This document shows, piece by piece, positions 35,934 to 46,204 of a stretch of 64,000 bases of DNA. The notes beneath the pieces are model-generated. The model saw only the letters and a list, made by a program, of their open reading frames with translations, was not told the DNA's origin and did no database searches. Location: assembly GCA_046483385.1 (NCBI GenBank), contig JAWODG010000220.1, positions 1,029 through 65,028 on the forward strand, written 5' to 3'. A program made the position numbers and the translations under genes. This stretch comes from Candidatus Brocadiia bacterium. GTDB lineage: Bacteria; Planctomycetota; Brocadiia; SM23-32. The first letter of the stretch is position 1. Every line of letters starts with the position of its first letter.

Positions 35934-37963
35934 TCACCGCCCTCCAGCCAGTCCAAAACGTCTGCCGCGCCCTCGTCGGTCCGCTCGAGGACCGAGCGCT
36001 GCTGCTCGCCTATTTCGATCACCGAGGCCGCCACCGCCGCGGTCCCCTCCATCAGAAGCATGTTCTCCCGCACCGCCTCCATGCCTCGGACCGCGTTCGA
36101 GGCGTGGCCGCTGCTCCGCTCAAGCGAAGTGCGGACCGTTTCGGCCACCCGTAAGACGGCCCCATCCGGCGCCGCCAGTTCCTCCAGCGGCGTCACGATC
36201 TCGGCTACCCGTGCTCGGTAAGCTTCCGGCTCCAGCACGCGGTTGTTGCGCAACTGCTCCAGCACGTCGCGGTAAGCGCCGGCCACCTTGGTCAACTCGG
36301 ATGCCAGGTTGCTCTGCTCGCGTTCCACCGCCGCCCGGTCCCGCTCCGTCACTCCGGAATCCCTCAGGCGATTGAGCAGGGATTTCTCCGCCTGAAGGTG
36401 CTGCTCCAGGTCGCGCCTCAAGTCCTCCTGCTGCACCAGCAGGTTGCGGAGCAGCTCCGGGAGCCGCACGATGCGAAACTCCAGCGGCATGCTGCGCCCG
36501 ACGTTCGGCCCACCGGGCTGGCGGTTGTCCCGCACGACGGCTGTCAGGCGAAGACGGCCCCCCGGCTCATATGACCTCTCCCGCAGGTCCAGCACGTATT
36601 CGCTTCGGCGCACCGGGCTCCCGTGACCATCCCACAGCAGCAGACCGACGGGGTCCGCCCCGTTGTTCCCGGTGGAGATTTCGAGTCTCCCCTCTGCCGC
36701 CGCGTAATCGTCCCGGGCGACCACCCGCAGAGGCAGCCGGGCGGAGGGCACCAGCAGACCGCCCACGCCGGGGGCGGTCAATCTGACCTCGGGCGTTTCG
36801 TCGGGCACCGCCCGGAAGCTCGCCCGCAGGGGCGGCTCCATCCGGATGTCGTGCTCGCCAACGAGCACAAACTCGCATTCCACGTCCCGCCGCACGGCGA
36901 ACGAGGAACGTAACTCCCGTTCGCCGACTAATTCCATCTGCTGTACCTGCCCACCGTCCACGCTCCACTGCCCTCCTCGGACGGGAACGGTGGCGGTCAG
37001 TTGCACCTCCACCCGGCTTCCGGCCGGGACGGCGAACTCGGGGGCGTTCCACGACACCACCACGGGCTCGGGGCTGACGTAGGATGGAGGGTGGACAACC
37101 ACCCGCGCCGCGTCCACCTCCGGCCGGGGGACGGCTTCCAGCCGCACCTCCGGCGTCACGCCGTCCCCCGCCGTGGCCTGCAGCACGGCGGACTCCGTGA
37201 CTTCCTTCAAAGAAACAGCGAACTCGCGCGGCGGACGACGCTCCATGGTCAGTGTCCTGGCATCTCCCCCCTCGACCGGGCGCAGCCGGAGGCGCGCCAC
37301 TTCCGGCACCACGCCGTGGGCCAGAGCCGAGACTTCCACATCAGCGCCGCGCGGCACGTAGCGCACCCCGCTCGGGAACCCCACCAGCCGCAACCGTGTG
37401 CGGCGCGGCCACGGCTCTTCCGCCAGCAGCACGTTCCGCCGCAACCAGAGCGACGCCGTTGCCGGACGGAACAGACCGAACGCTGCCAGCAAGGCCAGCA
37501 GCACGAGGGCCACCGCGACCGATCGCAACGGCCTCGTCCAGTTCACCAGGGAACGAACCTCGATGCGGCGGGCGGCAGCTTCGGCCTGACGCACGGCCAC
37601 GGCACGCAACGAAGGCGAGCCGACAGCGCTATCACCGCGCAAAGAGACGGCGCTGGCCAGAACGTCCCGATGGACCGGCAGCCGGCGCTCCAGCTCGATG
37701 GCCAGGTCCACGTCCCCCAGCGGACGGGTCAACGGCCGCACGACCTGCCGGGCAGCCTGCCACAACAGCAGAAGGACGAAAGCGGCCAGCAGCGTCGCCC
37801 GCGCGGGCACGGGAAGCCGCAGAAAGCGGTCGAGGGCGTAGCTGGCGACCACCAACAGAAAGCCCACCTGCACCAGCCGGCCCAACCCGGCCGCAAGCAT
37901 GGCCCCCCGCATAAGATGGCGCAGACGACGCAACGCGGAATACAGGGTGGTCGGCGGATTCAC
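35930..37963 (-). CDS. Membrane protein with Ig-like extracytoplasmic region and coiled coil (DUF4175-like)
   Basis: N-terminal TMs, LAIELERR.P...D.L.SAV, WPRRTRL, VPDETPEV, ARDDY. Confidence 0.7.
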   Translation of the reverse strand: MNPPTTLYSALRRLRHLMRGAMLAAGLGRLVQVGFLLVVASYALDRFLRLPVPARATLLAAFVLLLLWQAARQVVRPLTRPLGDVDLAIELERRLPVHRDVLASAVSLRGDSAVGSPSLRAVAVRQAEAAARRIEVRSLVNWTRPLRSVAVALVLLALLAAFGLFRPATASLWLRRNVLLAEEPWPRRTRLRLVGFPSGVRYVPRGADVEVSALAHGVVPEVARLRLRPVEGGDARTLTMERRPPREFAVSLKEVTESAVLQATAGDGVTPEVRLEAVPRPEVDAARVVVHPPSYVSPEPVVVSWNAPEFAVPAGSRVEVQLTATVPVRGGQWSVDGGQVQQMELVGERELRSSFAVRRDVECEFVLVGEHDIRMEPPLRASFRAVPDETPEVRLTAPGVGGLLVPSARLPLRVVARDDYAAAEGRLEISTGNNGADPVGLLLWDGHGSPVRRSEYVLDLRERSYEPGGRLRLTAVVRDNRQPGGPNVGRSMPLEFRIVRLPELLRNLLVQQEDLRRDLEQHLQAEKSLLNRLRDSGVTERDRAAVEREQSNLASELTKVAGAYRDVLEQLRNNRVLEPEAYRARVAEIVTPLEELAAPDGAVLRVAETVRTSLERSSGHASNAVRGMEAVRENMLLMEGTAAVAASVIEIGEQQRSVLERTDEGAADVLDWLEGGE

Positions 37964-38091
37964 GCGGTCCTTCCCGATTGACGGTGCCACGGGGCGCACC
38001 TTCGGGCATTTGCGTCCCGTATATCAGTTCCCTATAGTATTATAGTTCGTCGGGCACCGGACCCAAAACCCTCAGGCAAACCGAGGTGGAG

Positions 38092-38571
38092 ATGGGCGAG
38101 ATAAAGCAACACCAGGGTAAGCTGAACGCCGCGGGAAAGCGCTTCGCGCTGGTGGTGAGCCGCTACAACGAGTTCTTCTCCAGCCGCCTGCTCAACGGAG
38201 CGGAGGACTGCCTGCTGAGGCACGGCGCCGCGGAGGAGGACCTGGAGGTCTTCCGCGTTCCGGGCTCTTTCGAGATCCCCCTGGTCGCCCGCAAGGTGGC
38301 CGAGTCCGGAAGATTCGATGCCGTCGTCTGCCTGGGCGCAGTCCTGAGGGGTCAGACCTCCCACTTCGACTTCGTCGCCGGCGAATGCGCCAAAGGTGTC
38401 GCGCGCGTGAACATGGACACCGGCGTGCCGACGATCTTCGGGGTGATCACGACCGAGACCGTGGAACAGGCCGTCGATCGCGCCGGAGCGCGAACGGGCA
38501 ACCGCGGCGCCGAAGCCGCCCTGGCGGCCATCGAGATGGCCAATCTTGTGGAGGACATCGCGTCCGGCTGA
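38092..38571 (+). CDS. ribH: 6,7-dimethyl-8-ribityllumazine synthase
   Basis: VVSRYNEFF..LLNGA, VPGSFEIP, CLGAVLRGQTSHFDFVAGE, FGVITTE..EQA.DRAG..GNRG. Confidence 0.97.
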   Translation: MGEIKQHQGKLNAAGKRFALVVSRYNEFFSSRLLNGAEDCLLRHGAAEEDLEVFRVPGSFEIPLVARKVAESGRFDAVVCLGAVLRGQTSHFDFVAGECAKGVARVNMDTGVPTIFGVITTETVEQAVDRAGARTGNRGAEAALAAIEMANLVEDIASG

Positions 38572-38656
38572 GTCCGCCGCCACGCCGCGCCGTGCAACAA
38601 GGTCCCCGCGAACGGACCACGGCGCCCTATTCCCGAAGCCCCCTCTGCTGCGGTAA

Positions 38657-39931
38657 GTGTATTTGAGAAAAGAAACGCAAGCCCGGGAACTGGCCTTGCA
38701 GGCCCTCTACCAGCGTGACCTGGTTGAGGACCGTACGCTGGAGGAGCTTCTGAACTTCTGCGAGCGCAGGGCCCCCGACCCCGTCCGCCCGCTGACTGCG
38801 CGCCTCGTCCGGGGCTGCATCGAGCATCAGCCGACCCTCGACAAGCTGATACGGCGCACGGCCGAAAACTGGAAGCTCGAACGTATGGCCGTCAGCGACC
38901 GCAACATACTGCGGCTCGGCGTCTACGAGATGCTCTACCGTCCGGACACTCCCGCGAAGGTCGCCATCAACGAAGCCATCGAGCTGGCCAAGCGCTACAG
39001 CACCGAAGGTTCCCCCACATTCGTGAACGGTGTGCTCGACAGGATATACAACACCTACATCGCGCACAGAGTGCAGCCCGACCCCGAGCGCGCAGCCGAC
39101 CTCCACGTGCACTCGAACGCCTCCGACGGGTCGGTGCCGCCCTCCGAGCTGCCGGCCATGGCGGCCAAAGCCGGGCTGGACGCTATAGCGCTGACAGACC
39201 ATGACACGCTGGAAGGCGTCGAGACGGCCAGGGAGGGGGGGAAGGAGTGCGGCGTCCTAGTGGTCCCGGGAGTTGAGCTGACCGGTTACGCTCCTGCCGC
39301 TGAAGGAGAGGAAGAGGTTGAGATACACATCATCGGCCTCTATGTTGACGTAGAGGACGAAGCACTGGCCGACCGACTGGAAGAACTGCGGGCCACCCGC
39401 ACGGAAAGGGTGCGTAAGATAGCCGAACTTCTCCAGGACCTAGGCGAGGACATCGAAGCCGAGGACATCCTGGCCAGAGCCGGCGGGGACTCGGTCGGAC
39501 GCGTCCACGTGGCGCGCGAACTGGTCGAACGCGGGGTGTGCCGGGACGTCAGCGACGCCTTCAACCGCTTTCTGGCGCAGGGCGAGCCGGCGTACGTTCC
39601 GAAGGAGCACATGACGCCCGCCGAGGCGGTCAAGCTTATCAGACGGGCCGGAGGCTGCGCAGTGCTGTCCCATCCCGGCCTGCTGGCCGACATGGAGATG
39701 TATCTGCCCGAACTGTTGGAGGCCGGGCTGGACGCGCTGGAAGTGCACTATCCACGCCACAGCGCGAGCCAGGAGAAAGAATTGATGGACCTGGCCGAAG
39801 AGTATGACCTGCTGGTCACCGGGGGAAGTGACTTCCACGGGGAGGCCAAACCCTACATCAGTCTCGGGCAGGAGACGGTCTCCTTCATCGAACTTCACAA
39901 GTTAGAGCAGCGCGCGCTGGCCCGGGTCTGA
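38657..39931 (+). CDS. nusB: Fusion of transcription antitermination factor NusB and a PHP-domain (YciV/TrpH/RNase AM-like) phosphoesterase
   Basis: N-terminal [46 protein letters not shown]...FVNGVLD; C-terminal [43 protein letters not shown]; a single uninterrupted frame in the ribH-nusB-ftsY context. Confidence 0.9.
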   Translation: MYLRKETQARELALQALYQRDLVEDRTLEELLNFCERRAPDPVRPLTARLVRGCIEHQPTLDKLIRRTAENWKLERMAVSDRNILRLGVYEMLYRPDTPAKVAINEAIELAKRYSTEGSPTFVNGVLDRIYNTYIAHRVQPDPERAADLHVHSNASDGSVPPSELPAMAAKAGLDAIALTDHDTLEGVETAREGGKECGVLVVPGVELTGYAPAAEGEEEVEIHIIGLYVDVEDEALADRLEELRATRTERVRKIAELLQDLGEDIEAEDILARAGGDSVGRVHVARELVERGVCRDVSDAFNRFLAQGEPAYVPKEHMTPAEAVKLIRRAGGCAVLSHPGLLADMEMYLPELLEAGLDALEVHYPRHSASQEKELMDLAEEYDLLVTGGSDFHGEAKPYISLGQETVSFIELHKLEQRALARV

Positions 39932-39968
39932 AGGAGCCGGCCGCCGATAATCCAGGGAAGCGACAACC

Positions 39969-40949
39969 ATGTGTCCCTTTGGTCTGTTCAGCAAGAAAGA
40001 GAAGCCCGAGGAGGAAGAGCCGGCGCAGCCGGAAACCTCCGGCGGCTTTCTGGGCAAATTGCGAAGCGGCCTCGCGAAGACGCGGCAGAAGGTCAGCGGC
40101 GGCCTCCGCTCGGTGCTCTCCCTGCACCGGTCGATAGATGAGGAACTGCTGGAGGAGCTGGAAGAGCAGCTCTACCTGGCGGACGTCGGCCCCCGGGCCG
40201 TAATGCGTTACTGCGAAGAGCTGCGGCAGGCCCACAGTGAAGGCCAGATCTCGGAGTCCGAGGAAGTCATCGACTTCCTGAAGGAGATGATGCGCGAGGA
40301 CCTGAGCCACTGGGACACCGAACTGCACCTGCCGGACGAGGGTCCCGCCGTCATCATGGTGGCGGGAGTCAACGGGTCCGGCAAGACCACAAGCATCGCC
40401 AAGCTGGGCAACCGCTTTCTTGAGGACGGCCGAAGCGTGCTGCTGGCCGCCAGCGACACCTTTCGCGCCGCCGCCATAGAGCAACTCGAGATATGGGCCG
40501 AGCGCATTGGCGCGGACATCGTCAGTAACGAGAGTGCCGACCCGGCGGCCGTGACCTTCGACGCCGCTGAGAAGGCCATTGCGCGCGACTACGATGTCCT
40601 CATTATCGACACCGCCGGCCGGCTGCACACCCGGCGCAACCTGATGCGCGAGCTCCAGAAGATAAACCGGGTGGTTGGCAAGAAGATACCCGGAGCCCCC
40701 CACGAGACGCTGATGGTACTGGACGCCACCACGGGGCAGAACGCCATCAGCCAGGCCATCCGCTTCAATGAGAGCATCGAGCTGACCGGCATCGTGCTGG
40801 CCAAGCTCGACGGCACCGCCAAGGGGGGCGTCATCTTCGGGATGCAGGACCAGATCGATATCCCCGTCAAGTTCATCGGCATCGGCGAAGGCGCCGACGA
40901 CCTGGTGCCCTTCCGGCCGGAACCCTTCGTCGAGGCCCTGTTCGACTGA
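39969..40949 (+). CDS. ftsY: Signal recognition particle receptor FtsY
   Basis: GVNGSGKTTSIAKL, DTFRAAAIEQL, DTAGRLH, LDATTGQN, KLDGTAKGG. Confidence 0.97.
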   Translation: MCPFGLFSKKEKPEEEEPAQPETSGGFLGKLRSGLAKTRQKVSGGLRSVLSLHRSIDEELLEELEEQLYLADVGPRAVMRYCEELRQAHSEGQISESEEVIDFLKEMMREDLSHWDTELHLPDEGPAVIMVAGVNGSGKTTSIAKLGNRFLEDGRSVLLAASDTFRAAAIEQLEIWAERIGADIVSNESADPAAVTFDAAEKAIARDYDVLIIDTAGRLHTRRNLMRELQKINRVVGKKIPGAPHETLMVLDATTGQNAISQAIRFNESIELTGIVLAKLDGTAKGGVIFGMQDQIDIPVKFIGIGEGADDLVPFRPEPFVEALFD

Positions 40950-40961
40950 TCGGAGCACGGT

Positions 40962-42158
40962 ATGGAGTTTGAGGAAATCCGGAGCCTGTTCGACCGCTAC
41001 GTCATTGGCAACTACAGCCGCCACCCCATCGCCTTCACCCGCGCGGAGGGCTCCCTCATCTGGGACAGCGCCGGGAACCGTTACGTGGACCTTATGCCCG
41101 GCTGGGGCACCACGGTGCTGGGACACTGCCACCCCCGCGTGGTCACGGCCGTGCAGCGGCAGGCGGGCAGGCTGCTGCACGTGGACAACACCTTCTACAT
41201 CCCCCCGCAGGGGGAACTGGCGCGGGAACTGAGTGAGAAGAGCTTCGGCGGCAAGTGCTTCTTCTGCAACAGCGGCGCCGAGGCCGTCGAGGCCTCCATC
41301 AAGCTGGCCCGGCTCCACAAGCAGGAGCAGGGGCGCTACAAGATTATCACCATGCGCGACTCCTTCCACGGCCGCACCATGGGGGCCATAACCGCCACCG
41401 GGCAGGACAAATACCACAAGGGCTACCTCCCGCTGGTGCCCGGCTTCACCCACGTGCCCATGAACGACCTGCACGCGGTCAAAGAGGCCGCCGATGACGA
41501 GACCTGCGCGGTCATGCTGGAGCCCATTCAGGGCGAAGGCGGCATCAACGTGGCCACCGAGGAGTTCATGGCCGGCCTGCGGGAGTTCTGCGACCAGAAC
41601 GACATGCTGCTCATCGTGGACGAGGTGCAGTGCGGGGTGGGCCGAACCGGAGAGTGGTTCGGACATCAGCTCTACGGCATCGAGCCGGACATCATGGCCC
41701 TGGCCAAGGCCCTGGGCAGCGGCGTGCCCATAGGCGCCATGGTCGCGCAGCCGGAGGTGGCCGAAAGCCTGGTGCCCGGCACGCACGCCTCGACCTTCGG
41801 GGGCAACCCGCTGGCCTGCGCCGCGGCTCTGGCCACGCTGCGCACCATCGAGGCAGAGGACCTTCTCCAGACCTGCCGTGAGACCTCCGAGTACCTCTTC
41901 GGCCGGCTCGGTGAGTTCGCCGAGCGCTTTTCGTTCGTCCGGGAGGTGCGCGGTCGCGGCATGATGTGCGGCGTGGAACTGGACCGGCCCGGCACGCCCA
42001 TCTTCCAATACTGCCTGGAGCAGCGCGTGCGCATCAACTGCACCCACGACACCGTCCTCCGGCTGCTGCCCGCCATCAACGTGCCGCGTGACCTGCTGGA
42101 TGAGGGTCTGCAGGTGTTGGAGGAGGCCCTCCAGAAAGCGGACAAGGGCGAAATCTGA
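40962..42158 (+). CDS. argD: Acetylornithine aminotransferase
   Basis: FFCNSGAEAVE, SFHGRT, EPIQGEGG, DEVQCG.GRTG, AKALGSG, HASTFGGNPLAC; next to argF. Confidence 0.93.
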   Translation: MEFEEIRSLFDRYVIGNYSRHPIAFTRAEGSLIWDSAGNRYVDLMPGWGTTVLGHCHPRVVTAVQRQAGRLLHVDNTFYIPPQGELARELSEKSFGGKCFFCNSGAEAVEASIKLARLHKQEQGRYKIITMRDSFHGRTMGAITATGQDKYHKGYLPLVPGFTHVPMNDLHAVKEAADDETCAVMLEPIQGEGGINVATEEFMAGLREFCDQNDMLLIVDEVQCGVGRTGEWFGHQLYGIEPDIMALAKALGSGVPIGAMVAQPEVAESLVPGTHASTFGGNPLACAAALATLRTIEAEDLLQTCRETSEYLFGRLGEFAERFSFVREVRGRGMMCGVELDRPGTPIFQYCLEQRVRINCTHDTVLRLLPAINVPRDLLDEGLQVLEEALQKADKGEI

Positions 42159-42172
42159 CCGCGAGGGAGACC

Positions 42173-43075
42173 ATGCATCTGGTGACGCTGTTCGACTGGG
42201 ACGCCGAGCGTATCGACGAGACGCTCTCCCTGGCCGCCGAACTCAAGGCGGAAGCACGGGAAGGCAAGCTCGCGCCGACACTCGAGCGCAAGACGCTGGC
42301 CCTGCTGTTCGAGAAGGCGTCTATGCGCACTCGCGTTTCGTTCGAGGTGGCCATGGCCCAGCTCGGAGGCCACGTAATCTACCTGTCCAAGGACGACGTC
42401 AACCTGGGCGTGCGAGAGCCCGTCAGGGACGGCGCCCGAGTTCTGTCCCGCTACGTGGACGGCATCGCCGCGCGTGTGTACAGCCACCAGACCATCGAGG
42501 AGCTGGCGGCCCACTCCAGTGTCCCCGTCATCAATGCCCTCAGCGACCGGGCCCACCCTTGCCAGGCCCTGGGCGACATGCTGACCATCCGGGAGCACGT
42601 GAACGACCCCGAATCGGCCAGAGTGGCCTTCATCGGCGACGCCAATAACGTGGCGCGCTCGTTGGCTGTCATCTGCGCCAAACTCGGCCTGCGGTTCACC
42701 ATCGCCTGCCCGGAGGGCTACGGCTTCGACGCGGGCTTCCTGGCCCGCCTGGGGCAAGCCGGGGGCCGCGTCGAAACGGTTCATTCGCCCGAAGCCGGTG
42801 CGGCCGACGCCGACGTGCTCTACACGGACGTCTGGGTCAGCATGGGGCAGGAAGATGAGGCCGACCAGCGGCGCCGCGCCTTCGCCGACTACCAGCTCAA
42901 CGCCGCCTTGCTGGAGCAGGCCTCCTCGCGTGCAATCGTCATGCATTGCCTGCCCGCCCACCGGGGGGAGGAGATCACCGACGAGGTGATGGAAGGCCCC
43001 CAGAGCGCCGTCTTCGACCAGGCGGAGAACCGCCTGCACGCCGAGCGCGCCCTGCTGCAGATGCTGATGGACTGA
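42173..43075 (+). CDS. argF: Ornithine carbamoyltransferase
   Basis: FEKASMRTRVSFE, HPCQAL, YTDVWVSMGQE, MHCLPAHRGEE, QAENRLH. Confidence 0.96.
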   Translation: MHLVTLFDWDAERIDETLSLAAELKAEAREGKLAPTLERKTLALLFEKASMRTRVSFEVAMAQLGGHVIYLSKDDVNLGVREPVRDGARVLSRYVDGIAARVYSHQTIEELAAHSSVPVINALSDRAHPCQALGDMLTIREHVNDPESARVAFIGDANNVARSLAVICAKLGLRFTIACPEGYGFDAGFLARLGQAGGRVETVHSPEAGAADADVLYTDVWVSMGQEDEADQRRRAFADYQLNAALLEQASSRAIVMHCLPAHRGEEITDEVMEGPQSAVFDQAENRLHAERALLQMLMD

Positions 43076-43223
43076 TCCCCGGGCTATCCGCCCGCCGACC
43101 GGCCCCGGCTATCGATTCGTGCCGTGCCCCGCCGGTCCGCAGCGACAGTAGCGGCACCCGAGTTGCATGTACAGAGAATGTGCATTTTGTGACACTGCCT
43201 GCGGCTTCTGGTGGAGGCTGGCC

Positions 43224-44237
43224 ATGCAATGGGGATCGCGCAAAGGACAGGTCGTCCTGCTGGCTCCTGCGATGGCGCTTGTTTCCGCAGGCATTCTTAT
43301 GCTCGCAGTCGATGTCGGGCGCATAGTTAACACGCGGGCGAGACTTCAGAACGTCGCCGATTCCGCCTGTCTGGCGGCCGCCCAGGTGCTCTCGCGCGAG
43401 CACATCGCGGGCACCGAGGAGGACGAGGCCCGGTCACTGGCAGTGTCCGAAGCGGAGACGTTCCGGGACGCCAACTGGACAGATGCCGGCATCGAGATCG
43501 AGTTCGGGACCGTGGACGCCGACGGCGATTTCAGCCCGGTCGGCACTGACACGCCCGCCTCGGCCGTCCGCGTCTCCTCCTACCGCAATTCCGACGCGCC
43601 CGGAGGAGACCTGGACCTGTTTTTTGCCCCTCTGGCGGGCCTGAACGGCTGCCAGGTGGCCGCGGCCTCCAAAGCCCACGTGGCCACAACCATATGGGGC
43701 GTGCTGCGCGGACTGAGACCCTTCGCCATTCCCGAAGATCAAATCCCCGGCATCGGGGAGGAGATGATATTCTATCCCGCCGACGCCGACAGCTACGACG
43801 GGGGACTGGGCGAAGACACGGTTGCGCCCGGCTGCTGGGGGCTGCTCAATCTGGACGGCGGCTCGCTGGGCTCGGACGAGCTGAAGGAATGGATCGAAAG
43901 CGGCTACGATATGCCCTTCCTGATCGACCCGGACGACGGATTCGTCCATGTAGATGGCTGCAGCGGGTTCCGCGCCACGCTTAACCAACCGATCAAGGAG
44001 CAGATCGGCAACAGCTTCATGATGGTGGTCTACGACGAAGTCAGCGGAACGGGCGCCAACACCGAATTCCGCTGCATCGGTTTCCTGAAAGCCACCATCA
44101 CCGACTGCAAACTCGTCGGCAATGATCCTTACGTCAGTTGTCGCGTGGACGAAATGGAGGCCCTGCACGACATAATCGCCGGCTTTGGTGGCATGTACAA
44201 CAGCCCTAACCTCCGCAAAGTGCAACTCCTCTGGTAG
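43224..44237 (+). CDS. TadG-like pilus-assembly / pseudopilin protein
   Basis: Prepilin-like RKGQVV, hydrophobic helix, LAVDVG...RARLQNVADSACLAAA, AVRV. Confidence 0.75.
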   Translation: MQWGSRKGQVVLLAPAMALVSAGILMLAVDVGRIVNTRARLQNVADSACLAAAQVLSREHIAGTEEDEARSLAVSEAETFRDANWTDAGIEIEFGTVDADGDFSPVGTDTPASAVRVSSYRNSDAPGGDLDLFFAPLAGLNGCQVAAASKAHVATTIWGVLRGLRPFAIPEDQIPGIGEEMIFYPADADSYDGGLGEDTVAPGCWGLLNLDGGSLGSDELKEWIESGYDMPFLIDPDDGFVHVDGCSGFRATLNQPIKEQIGNSFMMVVYDEVSGTGANTEFRCIGFLKATITDCKLVGNDPYVSCRVDEMEALHDIIAGFGGMYNSPNLRKVQLLW

Positions 44238-44361
44238 AGCCCGGCCCATCCGCCCCAGCTCCTCGGGAATGCTGTGCCGGCCGGGCGGCCGAGAGGTCGC
44301 AAGCCCCCCGCCGGCCATCTTCACTCGGCAGTGGAACAGCCTTGCCCGGGGCTGCCGCAGT

Positions 44362-44390
44362 TTGACACATTCCCCTCCTCTGGGTACAGT
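44362..44390 (+). promoter_or_regulatory. sigma70-type promoter of ilvD
   Basis: TTGACA, 17-bp spacer, TACAGT. Confidence 0.6.
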
Positions 44391-44441
44391 GGCCGGGTTA
44401 GCATGGCCCTTCTCCCCCGGTATCCCAGTGGAGGATTCACC

Positions 44442-46115
44442 ATGGCCCTTCGTCACGAGAAAGCCACCGCGGGCATCGAACGCATGCCCAACCGGAGTCT
44501 GCTGTATGCCACGGGCGTCACCCCCGAACAGATGGGCAAGCCGTTCATCGGGGTTTGCTCCAGCTTCACGGACCTTGTGCCCGGGCACATCGGCATGCGC
44601 AGCCTGGAGCGCAAGATCGAGTGGGGCGTCAACGCCGGCGGCGGCGTGCCGTTCCTGTTCTCCGTTCCCGGCATCTGCGACGGCATCGCCATGGGGCACC
44701 AAGGGATGCACTACTCCCTGCCCTCGCGCGAGCTGATCGCCGACATGATCGAGTCCATCGTGCAGGCCCACCAGCTCGACGGGTTGGTGCTTCTGACCAA
44801 CTGCGACAAGATAACCCCCGGCATGCTTATGGCCGCCGGGCGGCTGGACATACCCACGGTGGCGGTCACGGCGGGCCCGATGCTGTCGGGGCATCACGGC
44901 GGGCGGCGCCTCTCACTCGTCCGCGACACCTTCGAGGCGGTCGGCCTGTGCAAAGCGGGCAAGCTGAGCGAGAAGGAGGCGGAGGAGCTGGAGGTCGAAG
45001 CGTGTCCCGGACAGGGCTCCTGCCAGGGCCTCTACACTGCCAACACCATGGCGTGCCTTACCGAGGCTATGGGGATGAGCCTGCCCGGAACGGCCACCGC
45101 CCTGGCGGGCTCGGCCAAGAAGGAGCGTATGGGCGAACGAGCCGGCGAGCGCGTCGTGGAACTCGTGCGGGAAGGCGTCACCGCCCGCCAGATCATCACC
45201 CGTGAGTCCCTGGAGAACGCCATCCGCATGGACATGGCGCTCGGCGGCTCCACCAACACGACCCTCCACATCCCCGCCATCGCTCACGCCGCTCAGGTGG
45301 ACATCACCCTGGAGGACTTCGACCGCCTGAGCCGGGAGACGCCCCAGCTTGCCTCGCTCAGGCCCGGCGGCGACCTGATGATGGAGGACCTGGAGTGGGC
45401 GGGCGGCATCCCGGCCGTGATCAAGAACATGGCCTCGTTGTTGAACACCGACTGCCGCAACGTCGTGGGCCTGAGCGTGGCCGAGATAGCCGAGCAGGCG
45501 CCCGTCGGCAACCCCGACGTCATCCGGACCCTCGAGGATCCCATATCCGAGGAAGGCGGCATCGCGGTGCTCAAGGGCAGTCTGGCTCCCGAGGGGGCCG
45601 TCGTGAAGCAGGGCGCCGTCTCCCCGGAGATGATGCAGTTCACCGGCACCGCCCGCGTCTTCGACAGCGAGGACGACGCCATGGACTACCTGCTGGCGGA
45701 CAAGGTTGTACCAAAGGACGTCCTCATAGTGCGCTACGAGGGACCCCGCGGCGGACCCGGCATGCGGGAATCTCTGGCGCTGACCGCCGCCGTTGCGGGA
45801 TGCGGTCTGGGGGACAAGATAGCGATCGTGACCGACGGCCGGTTCTCCGGCGGCACCCGCAACCTGAGCATCGGCCACGTCTCCCCCGAAGCGGCCGACG
45901 GCGGTCCCATAGCGCTGGTGCGGGACGGGGACGAGATAGAGGTGGACCTGCCGGGCCGCACGATAGACCTGCTGGTCGATGGCGACGAGTTGCGCGAGCG
46001 CCGGGCCGGGTGGCAGCGTCCCCAGCCCAAGTTCACTCACGGCTGGCTGGCCCGCTACGAGCGACTGGTCCAGAGCGCCGCCCGCGGCGCAGTGCTGGAA
46101 CCTCCGGCCTCCTGA
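44442..46115 (+). CDS. ilvD: Dihydroxy-acid dehydratase
   Basis: [70 protein letters not shown]. Confidence 0.97.
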   Translation: MALRHEKATAGIERMPNRSLLYATGVTPEQMGKPFIGVCSSFTDLVPGHIGMRSLERKIEWGVNAGGGVPFLFSVPGICDGIAMGHQGMHYSLPSRELIADMIESIVQAHQLDGLVLLTNCDKITPGMLMAAGRLDIPTVAVTAGPMLSGHHGGRRLSLVRDTFEAVGLCKAGKLSEKEAEELEVEACPGQGSCQGLYTANTMACLTEAMGMSLPGTATALAGSAKKERMGERAGERVVELVREGVTARQIITRESLENAIRMDMALGGSTNTTLHIPAIAHAAQVDITLEDFDRLSRETPQLASLRPGGDLMMEDLEWAGGIPAVIKNMASLLNTDCRNVVGLSVAEIAEQAPVGNPDVIRTLEDPISEEGGIAVLKGSLAPEGAVVKQGAVSPEMMQFTGTARVFDSEDDAMDYLLADKVVPKDVLIVRYEGPRGGPGMRESLALTAAVAGCGLGDKIAIVTDGRFSGGTRNLSIGHVSPEAADGGPIALVRDGDEIEVDLPGRTIDLLVDGDELRERRAGWQRPQPKFTHGWLARYERLVQSAARGAVLEPPAS

Positions 46116-46204
46116 GCATTGCGCCGATTCCGCGCGCGTTGAAGAAAATGGCCGGGCGCCCGTAGAATGGCGGGCATGCATACGCGCAATCTTCCCTGAC
46201 AGGC

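Noticed and set aside
39885-42047. 720-aa minus-strand ORF
   Set aside because: Antisense shadow of ftsY and argD
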